A stretch of DNA of 32,589 bases, from contig NW_021832788.1 of NCBI RefSeq assembly GCF_006345805.1, positions 1 to 32,589 of the forward strand, in the 5' to 3' direction. This DNA is from Octopus sinensis. Its lineage: Eukaryota. The notes beneath the pieces were generated by a model. The model was not told the origin of the DNA, searched no databases, and was given only the letters and a program-made list of their open reading frames with translations. Of this stretch, positions 22,886-32,589 are shown piece by piece. The position numbers were made by a program, and so were the translations under genes. Every line of letters starts with the position of its first letter. The stretch's first letter is position 1.

Positions 22886-22983
22886 CTTGTTTTATTTATA
22901 TTTCCTGAGCGCCATACTAATACAATTGTTCGTTTGTTTTCCACCTGCCTTCGTCTTTTGTTTATTTTCATAAAGCTTCCCGT

Positions 22984-24572
<1,589 letters not shown>

Positions 24573-25051
24573 AAACAAATCTTTAAAACAATGCACTGTC
24601 TGCATTGTTCTGTTACTATGGCAACGACAGTTCCTTTCTAAAACAATAATATAAAAAAACAACAATAAAAATAAATAATAATCACAATAACAATAACAAC
24701 AACAACAGCGGTAGCGAGCAAAACAATAAGAAAATAATAAACAAATGGTGCGGTATTGCCACATGATGAATGTGGGCAGTTAATGACCCTACTACTATGA
24801 CGGCGTGAGCCTATCATGTGGAGAAGGGCGGGTCACTGACAGGAACAGTATTTCAAACGAGGGTCGGTGTAAGAGTGAGCGGGGTGGGGTCGCTAAGAGA
24901 AATAGAGAGAGAGAAAGAGAGGGAGAGAGAGGAGGGAAAGAGAGATGAGGGAGAGAGAGAGAGAGAGGAGAAAGTGAGGTGAGGAGGCGAGAAGAGGAAT
25001 GAGAAATTACGGAGTGAAGTGAAAGTGGCGGTGGAGCAGGGCGAAGAGGAA

Positions 25052-25203
25052 GTAGAAGAAGAAGGAGAAGAAGAAGAAGAAGAAGAAGAAGAAGAAGAAG
25101 AAGAAGAAGAAGAAGAAGAAGAAGAAGAAGAAAAGAAGAAGAAGAAGAAGAAGAAGAAGAAGAAGAAGAAGAAGAAGAAGAAGAAGAAGAAGAAGAAGAA
25201 GAA
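25052..25203 (+). repeat. Long near-pure (GAA)n tract
   Basis: Directly visible, about 50 units with one interruption. Confidence 0.95.
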
Positions 25204-25742
25204 GGTGAGAGCATATGAAGGGAAGTAAAAAACAGGCAGGAGTGGGAAAATGGACATAATGACGCATGGAAGAGTACGAGTGAGAGTGAGCGATAGAGAT
25301 AGAGGAAGAGCGAGAAAGATGGAAAAAAGAAAGAAAGAGACTGAAAGAAAGAGAGTGAGAGACAGAGAAAGAGAGAGAAGAGGGATGGAGGGGAGTGTAA
25401 TGTTTGCAATTTTGAGTGCGTATTGGTAAACGTTTTCGCTGGTTGTGTAAATATGTGACATACACACACACACAACACACACACACACACAACACACACA
25501 CACACACAACACACATATATGGTGTGTGTATGTGTGTATGTATTTATGTATGTATGTATATGCTGAAAAGAACAGAATTCATCTCGAAATCAAGGAAAGA
25601 CTTCGTGGGTAAAGGATTTAATTTTTTTAGAGAAGTTACAGGGAATAGGTAAAAAAATAAATATTCCTGAGTATAAATAATTTGGAAATTCCTTGTACTT
25701 TAATGTACTTGGCGCAGCATAGCAGATGATTGGTCATACACA

Positions 25743-25805
<63 letters not shown>

Positions 25806-26097
25806 ATATATATATATATATATGACTAATCATCTATTAGGCTACGCTAAGTCATTCGGCGCTTTCTTTCCTCAGTCAAGTTCCAGATTATCTTTGCAAT
25901 TTCGGTTGGTTATACTCGAGATTGCTCCAACACGTGTGTGTGTGTATGTGTGTGTGCGAATGTGTGTGTGTGTGTGTGTGTGTGTGTTGAAATATTAAAC
26001 ATGTAAGCAAACATTGAAATGCATGGGATTTGGCAAATATGTTTTTAATGCCCCGCGTTAGTGTGAAAAAGTCCAGTCACGTGACAGCGGTATCGGA

Positions 26098-26516
26098 GGC
26101 GGCGAGCTGGCAGAAACATTAGCACGCCGAGCGAAATGCTTAGCGGTATTTCGTCTGTCGTTACGTTGTGAGTTCAAATTCCGCCGAGGTCAACTTTGCC
26201 TTTCATCCTTTCGGGGTCGATAAATTAAGTACCAGTTACGCTCTGGGGTCGATATAATCGACTTAATACCTATGTCTGTCCTTGTTTGTCCCCTCTATGT
26301 TTAGCCCCTTGTGGGTAATAAAGAAATAGGTATTTCGTCTGCGTTACGTTGTGAGTTCAAATTCCGCCGAGGTCGACTTTGCCTTTCATCCTTTCGGGGT
26401 CGATAAATTAAGTACCAGTTACGCACTGGGGTCGATGTAATCGACTTAATACCTATGTCTGTCCTTGTTTGTCCCCTCTGTGTTTAGCCCCTTGTGGGTA
26501 ATAAAGAAATAGGTAT
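26098..26516 (+). mobile_element. SINE family 1 (alternative 3' tail subfamily) with an internal tandem duplication
   Basis: Full copy from 26098; the unit 26145-26328 is repeated at 26329-26511. The tail ...CCCCTTGTGGGTAATAAAGAAATAGGTAT differs from the other copies. Confidence 0.9.
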
Positions 26517-26724
26517 CAGAAGCGGTTACTATCTGACTGGAACTAATTATTTTTTCTTTCAAATTATACAGGTTATGATAATGGAAAAGGAAGCGATTGT
26601 TATAATTGGGACCAAACAGAGTTGTAAATATTCCTTGCAGATGGAATCCTAATTTCAAATTTAGTCATTGTTGAGGATAACTAACGAAATGAATATTATA
26701 CATTATGCTGACAAATTATATCGC

Positions 26725-26756
<32 letters not shown>

Positions 26757-26759
26757 TGG

Positions 26760-28360
26760 AAACGTGTGAACAGATTTTTCGGTAATTCAAAGTGACTAGG
26801 CAAAAAATATTATCATCTCTTTCTGAGTTCTATTTTCTTTCGCAAAATAGAATCTTTGTCAAATATATTAATAAATATAATTGTAGTCTTATTTTTATAT
26901 ATATCTTTTAGTCTGATATTGTGGATTTTTATTCCTTACTACGAACAAGTAATACAAATATTTGTATTGGTGAAGTAAAAAATCAAAAAACGAAAAAACA
27001 AAGAAAACTGCATGGTGAGAATTTGAGCGATGAGGTTATGGATGCTGTTGATTTGGTTGAAGTGTGTAAAATCAAAGGTTTGGAATCTGCTTGCATATGA
27101 GGTTCCCGATCTCTGAAGGAGGGCTTTATCGTAACGATGGATTATTTCTCTAACTAAATATGAATGAGCATAATGTAGATATATTTACAAAGGATATTAT
27201 TTTAATATTCAGTGAATGAGAGAATAAGAAATTACGGTGGTGAGCAACCTAACAAAAGTGAGTATTCTTGACATAACATTAGATTTATAAGTTAATAAAT
27301 ATTCTTTTGTTATAAACCTAATGAAAGATTGTTTTATAATATAAGGGTCCTGATCAGCCACCAAATATTCCTAACTTAGCCCTCAGTTTTAGTTAACATA
27401 CATCATTCTTTCGTAAAAGCATTGTAATTTTATAACAAATTATTTAGTAGTAGCGGATTTTCAGGGATGTTGGGTCATAAAGAGTGTCCATAAATTATCT
27501 TTACAACTTCTACACGCATCGTCTAAATGTGTTGCATGAAACCAATAAAGCCTACATGGAAGTGTCCTGATATTTCTAATAAAACTTTGTCTTTGTTTTC
27601 CGATGAACTCTGCTGAGTTAACTTATTTTTCATTTTTTTCTGGATTTTTCAAATTGTAAGGGTTATTTATGGACAATTTGTATATCCAGGCTGTAGTAAT
27701 CAAATGGCGAACAAGCAATAGAAAAATCTTGTACTACAATGCAATAATTTTTTTTTAGCTTTGAAGTTCGTATGAATATTGCTTGAAGGTTTCCTAACTT
27801 AATCTTCTGTTTTTGTGAAAAAAGAATATAATTATTTTAAGGTCTTTAATAGAAACTCTTTTAAGATTTCAACTACATTTTGCAAAAAATTTTGGTGACA
27901 TTGCAAATTCAATTAATGCAAAACATTTGCCAATTAATAGTCATTCCATAAACGGGATCAGATAACTGCTCGTTTAATAGACTGCCTTACTAGTTATTTG
28001 ATATACTGTGCCAAAGTGGAATTAAATGATAACTTACCATTGAAATCTTACAAAGGGTATAAACAGGAATTAAATTTAAAACGCGATTTTGCTCGCATAA
28101 GCATTCATTGGTCAACCCATACAAGAAATTTGCTTGTAGACTTTCAAAATTTTTGGCGCTCAAGGCAAATCAGTAACAATATTCTTGCTTTTGCATTTGC
28201 TTGCAATAACGGAAATAGTAGAAAGAAACTGAATTGTTATCTTTGCTTAACAGAAAACAGAAAAGAAATTTATTATTACTGCAGAACAAAACCGTCTTGA
28301 ACCCAAGAAACGACATCCTGTGTACTTGTTTTCTCTAATTCGAAAAAGCGGTCAAGTAAT
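26760..28360 (+). mobile_element. Ancient Penelope-like element remnant (RT plus GIY-YIG), interrupted by a MITE
   Basis: Ordered motifs across frameshifts: DIVDF (~26915), MDAVDLVEVCKIKGL (~MGS.DGAEVCELVGL), GGLYRNDGL (~27130, YRDD decayed), ITVVSNLTKVSILDITLDL, YKPNERLFY, DQPPNI, NRKILYYN, KVFNRNSFKIS, CLTSYLIYCAKV...KSYKG, FKTRFCSHKHSL, CYLCLTE, VLNPRNDILCTC. Confidence 0.8.
27480..27680. mobile_element. Tc1/mariner-type MITE (201 bp) nested in the old PLE
   Basis: Imperfect ~30-bp TIRs AAGAGTGTCCATAAATTATCTTTACAACTT and AAATTGTAAGGGTTATTTATGGACAATTTG, with TA on both sides. Confidence 0.75.
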
Positions 28361-29117
28361 TTTCACAAGGCTGATCGACAACAACAACAACAAAAAAAGA
28401 AAACTACAATAAAGGGTTTTTAACAGTTTTCAATTACATCTCTGACCTCTACCAACTATTGATTGTCTCTGGATGATCCGACCGTTGCACCATACCAACA
28501 GCCCAACACAAAGTACACAATACAGTACCCCTGTACGATACGGCTGTAGGGTACTTTGTACAGAGATAATTACAGCTTGGAAGAGGTTAGTTTTTGAGGC
28601 AAGAAAGAGATTAAAAAAATGTTTGGGATGTCTGTATATCGGTCTAAAATGCGAGTGAAAGATGAAACACATTGGTGTAAAGTGTTAAGAATTGCAAGAT
28701 AAGATAACGCTGGGATGGTCACAACTGGAATGTCCCCGATCCTTGGTGTGCGAACTGGACTGACTTGGGGCTAAGCAACAACAACAACAACAACAACAAC
28801 GCCGACAACGACGACGACGACCACCACTAGCAACAAAATCAACAAGATGTATTATACACCATCTCTTACCACTGCCCTCATTCTTCTCCGTTTTCACCTG
28901 TACATTAATACTATACAGTAACAAATATCAATGAAGGAACCACCACGTAATCAATCATCAAGCTAGAGAAAGCAGTTAAATCTCCCTTAAATAACAACCA
29001 CAAAACATGGATCCTCACCACCAGTACCACCAGTACCCGTAATACACTGTAATGTCAGTCACCATCGTTATATTCTGCCACCACCACCACTGCCACCACC
29101 ACCACTGCAACCACCAT

Positions 29118-29240
29118 CGCCTTGCCGCCGCACTTGCCTTCCCCGCACTCGCCTTCCCGCCGCACTCACCTTGCCGCCGCACTCGCCTTGCCGCCGCACT
29201 CACCTTGCCGCCGCCATCGCCTTGCCGCCGCTGCCATCGC
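29118..29240 (+). repeat. 17-bp GC-rich minisatellite (CGCCTTGCCGCCGCACT), about 7 copies, in a CCA/CCG-rich tract
   Basis: Directly visible units with variants. Confidence 0.85.
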
Positions 29241-30109
29241 CTCACTACTACCACCATCACATCGTCGTCGCCACCATCACCATGCTGCCGGCGCCATCCC
29301 CTCACAGCCGGCGCCATTACCTCGCCGTCGCCACCACCACCACCATGCTCCCAGCGCCATCATCTCGCGCTGCCGCCTCCATCACTGTCTTCACTGCTAC
29401 CTGTAACATTGTATTGCCAGAATCGCTACTATCATGTCCTACTGCTACCACCAACCACCACTGCTTTTCTTATCCCCATCACTACGATCGCTACCATATC
29501 CATCATCGCGCATTGTCACTATGACTAACAAACACAAGCCATTACTAGCACTATACCAACCACCTACACCATCACCACCACCGCTACCACCACGAACACC
29601 GTTAAGAAGAAGAAGAAGAAGAAGAAGAAGAAAAGAAGAAGAAGAAGAAGAGGAAGAAGAAGAAGAAGAAAAAGAACAGCAACAACACTAACAACAAGAA
29701 CAACCAAACTGTAGCCACTATCTACAGCCATATATCATAACCTAAGCATATTAAAAAAAAGCCGTCAAAGCAAATGCAAGCGCCATCTGTTGCACAGCAA
29801 AATTTATAAAATAAGATAGAGGGAGAGAATTAAATTTATCAATAACGGTTATGACCAGGAAGTCCAATAATCAAAGTATCTCAACCATGACCACCACCTC
29901 TTTGTTTTCTGCTGCAGAATAGTGTATCAAAGACTACGTTACCTAACTGTGCTCTTTCTATTTTTTTCAGACGGTACGCTGTGATTTGAGGGAAACTTGA
30001 CTGTTATTTCTTGGAAGTCGACCGACCACCTGGTGGTTTCCGCCCAGTTATTTCGTTCCCACGTTCAATCAATATGATATTATCAGGTATATTATCTACT
30101 TGAAGTAAA

Positions 30110-30315
30110 GGCGGCGAGCTGGCAGAGTCAGTACCGCGCCGGACAAAATGCTTAGCGGCAATTCTTCCGGCTTTATGCTCTGAGTACAACTTCGTCTTTC
30201 ATTTCATGCTTTCGGGGTCGATAAAATAAGTACCAAGTGAGCACTGGGGTAAATGTAATCGACTTACCCCCTCCGACGAAATTTCTGGCCCTGTGCTAAA
30301 ATTTGAAACCGATAT
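30110..30315 (+). mobile_element. SINE family 1 copy
   Basis: GGCGGCGAGCTGGCAGAG head, TTTCGGGGTCGATAAAATAAGTACCA core, GGCCCTGTGCTAAAATTTGAAACC tail. Confidence 0.85.
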
Positions 30316-30456
30316 TATGTCAGTTGCAACTCCGGACAGAAGTATTAGTTTCTCATTTTTTTGTAGGGAATTCATAATGCAAAAAGCAATTTTCAAGCCG
30401 GTGGTTTCCAGTTTAGTCCCGCTTGCGCTATCTCAGCCAAATGTCTTTCATTACAG

Positions 30457-30818
30457 CAGTGACTCTCAGCCAGGGTCGATATGTCCTTGGGCAGTGGGGT
30501 TCCATATAAGATTTTTGAGGGTCCATGCAAGCAAAATAGTAATTTGGAGATCCACAATATTATCTTAAGGGTCCATGAAAAATTTTTGCTTGGAATGTAT
30601 TTGCTGTAATGAACAACAAGGTTTCTTTCTCTAACGCTTAACAGAGTAAAACGTGTTTCTTGCTAACGTATGCATGCAGACGTGGGAAAATAAAAATAAG
30701 AATTTTGAAAGAGTATTTATGAAGCTAGTTTTTAAAACATCGAATAACTATAGGGGTCCATCAGAATACAATGGTAAACAAAGGGGTTCATAGATGAAAA
30801 AAGGTTGCACGTCGCATG
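30457..30818. mobile_element. hAT-type (Charlie-like) MITE, degenerate
   Basis: Left end CAGTGACTCTCAGCCAGGG resembles CAGTGGTTCTCAACC; internal GGGTCCA motifs recur; right end AAAAAGGTTG then decayed. No 8-bp TSD could be identified. Confidence 0.5.
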
Positions 30819-30858
30819 TAGATAGATAGATGTTCAGATGGATGGATGGATGGATATG

Positions 30859-30888
<30 letters not shown>

Positions 30889-30889
<1 letters not shown>

Positions 30890-31046
30890 TATAATATAGG
30901 GTATCTAAGCGATACCAACACGCTTGAAATACCAGCCAAAACTTGACTCTAAAACCACATTAAAAGTGAAGCAAAGGCGGTTTTAGAGTCAAGGTTTGGC
31001 TTCTATTTCAAGCGTGGTGGTATCACTAAGATACCCTAAATTATAA
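30889..31046. mobile_element. Foldback element or MITE made almost entirely of TIRs
   Basis: 68-nt arms (30889-30956 and 30979-31046) with 7 mismatches and a 22-nt spacer; core GGGTATC...GATACCC. Confidence 0.75.
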
Positions 31047-31099
31047 TCTTAATAACAATTATTACCTTTGAAGGTTTTTATTCCCATGCTGGCCACTTG

Positions 31100-31337
31100 A
31101 TAAGTTCGATATTTAAATATCGATTTTGTGATCTCTTGAGCACCACCAGCATAAATATTTTTTCCCTCTGTCTTCCCTTCTCGGGATTTTTCCTTCTCCT
31201 TGTTTCCGACGAAGAGCTCCGCTCGAAACGTTAAACCCTCCTTCCCTTCTTTCCTGAGCGTCAAATAATACTTTAATTGTTCCACGTCCTCGCGTTGCTG
31301 TGTTTTTTTCTGTGTTTTCTTGTTTGGATTAACTTTA
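31100..31337 (+). mobile_element. Solo Penelope-like pseudo-LTR with a hammerhead motif
   Basis: Shares with 22840-22984 the layout pyrimidine tract, hammerhead, TTCCTGAGCG..A.A.TAATAC, T-rich tail, (TA)n. Confidence 0.7.
31202..31236 (+). ncRNA. Minimal type I hammerhead motif, CCGACGA core variant
   Basis: GTTT-CCGACGA(31206-12)-A-GAGC TCC GCTC-GAA-ACGT-T-AAAC. Confidence 0.7.
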
Positions 31338-31356
31338 AATATATATATATATATAT

Positions 31357-31427
<71 letters not shown>

Positions 31428-31586
31428 GGATGGATAGATAAATATAGATGGATAGATGGCTGAATAGATGGACAGAGAGGTAAATAGATAGATAGATAGT
31501 TAGATAGATAGATAGATAGATAAATAGATAAATAGATGGATAGATAGCTAGCTAGATAGATAGGTAGAGAGATAAATAGATAGATA

Positions 31587-31660
<74 letters not shown>
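31338..31660. repeat. (TA)n(GA)n(GATA)n compound microsatellite
   Basis: Directly visible. Confidence 0.95.
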
Positions 31661-31662
<2 letters not shown>

Positions 31663-31753
31663 GTGGACGAGTGGTTGTTTGGAACGTAACTGCGTTTGAC
31701 AGATTCAAATTAATACATTTTTAATGCTGGGTCTGTTTGCTGTATCCACTCAA

Positions 31754-31930
31754 GGCGGTGAGCTGGCAGAATTGTTAGCCGGGCGAAATGCTTAGCGACA
31801 TTTCGTCCGTCTTCACGGTCTGAGTTCAAATTTCGCCGAGATCGAACTTACCTTTCATCCTGGGGTCTATGCAGTCGATTTACTCCACTCACCCGAAATT
31901 GCTGGCCTCGTGCTGAAATTTGAAATTTAC
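31754..31930 (+). mobile_element. SINE family 1 copy with internal deletions
   Basis: GGCGGTGAGCTGGCAGAATTG head, GAGTTCAAATTTC B-box, shortened core, GGCCTCGTGCTGAAATTTGAAA tail. Confidence 0.85.
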
Positions 31931-32045
31931 ATTTATTAGTCCACAACGAAATTCTTATATATTTCATATTGTACCATGTATACAATATAATGTCTATCGA
32001 TATGTTGAAAATTAAACGAAGGAAAGTAGATTATAATTAATAGCC

Positions 32046-32470
32046 GCAGGAGTGGCTGTGTGGTAAGTAGCTTGCTTACCAACCACATGGTTCCGGGTTC
32101 AGTCCCTCTGCGTGGCATCTTGGGCATGTGTCTTCTGCTATAGTCCCGGGCCGACCAATGCCTTGTTAGTGGATTTGGTAGACGGAAACTGAAAAAAGCC
32201 TGTCGTATATATGTATATATATATACATATGTGTGTGTGTGTATATGTTTGTGTGTCTGTGTTTGTCCCCCTAGCATTGCTTGACAACCGATGCTGGTGT
32301 GTTTACGTCCCCGTCACTTAGCGGTTTTGGCAAAAGAGACCGATAGAATAAGTACTAGGCTTACAAAGAATAAGTCTTGGGGTCGATTTGCTCGACTAAA
32401 GGCGGTGCTCCAGCATGGCCGCAGTCAAATGACTGAAACAAGTAAAAGAGTAAAAGAGTAAAAGAGAGAG
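32046..32470 (+). mobile_element. tRNA-derived SINE, family 2, full length
   Basis: A-box TGGCTGTGTGG, B-box GGTTCAGTCCC (32096-32106), CTTGGGCA.GTGTCTTCT central part, internal (TA/TG)n, and 3' tail ending in (GAGTAAAA)n. Confidence 0.9.
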
Positions 32471-32589
32471 CCTCACCACTGACAGCTGATATCAAGCCCT
32501 TTAAAATACCAATGGAAAAAAATAGTCTTCGTGGTTCGATTGGAAGAGTGGCAAGAAAAACCACCACCACCCCACCACCACCACCCCCG

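Noticed and set aside
24760-25460. Unique GC-richer islands with GGGCGG and TGACAG motifs as a promoter or enhancer
   Set aside because: Short motifs are expected by chance; there is no linked gene or conservation evidence.
28455-28500. CTGGATGATCCG downstream of the old PLE as a decayed hammerhead
   Set aside because: The core has an insertion and no GAAA or stems follow.
29118-29240. CRISPR-like array
   Set aside because: Tandem minisatellite without unique spacers, in a eukaryotic context with no cas genes.
32046-32110. tRNA gene
   Set aside because: A and B boxes belong to SINE heads; no complete cloverleaf is evident, and SINE bodies follow directly.

Overview
Eukaryotic, AT-rich, non-genic window (intron or intergenic), most likely from an octopus/cephalopod genome; the taxon is inferred from recalled SINE families and extreme microsatellite density. 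No host protein-coding gene can be supported, and most ORF-track entries are translated microsatellites. The window is a layered transposon landscape. It contains two tandem R4/Dong-type restriction-like-endonuclease retrotransposons in a (TAA)n tract (8241-10660, nearly intact over the part present; ~10864-12630, decayed) and a second TAA-targeting non-coding element. There are at least five Penelope-like (PLE) remnants, three tRNA-derived SINE families (about 20 copies or fragments), RTE 3' fragments, a non-autonomous Helitron, a possible STPR-repeat Helitron remnant, Tc1/mariner remnants and several MITEs. The most notable signal is five type I hammerhead ribozyme motifs in PLE pseudo-LTRs, with four different catalytic cores (CUGAUGA, UUGAAAA with a U3-A8 swap, CUGUUGA, CCGACGA) and compensatory stem changes. 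PLE hammerheads are a known class; whether these particular variants are catalogued or active cannot be determined from the sequence alone.
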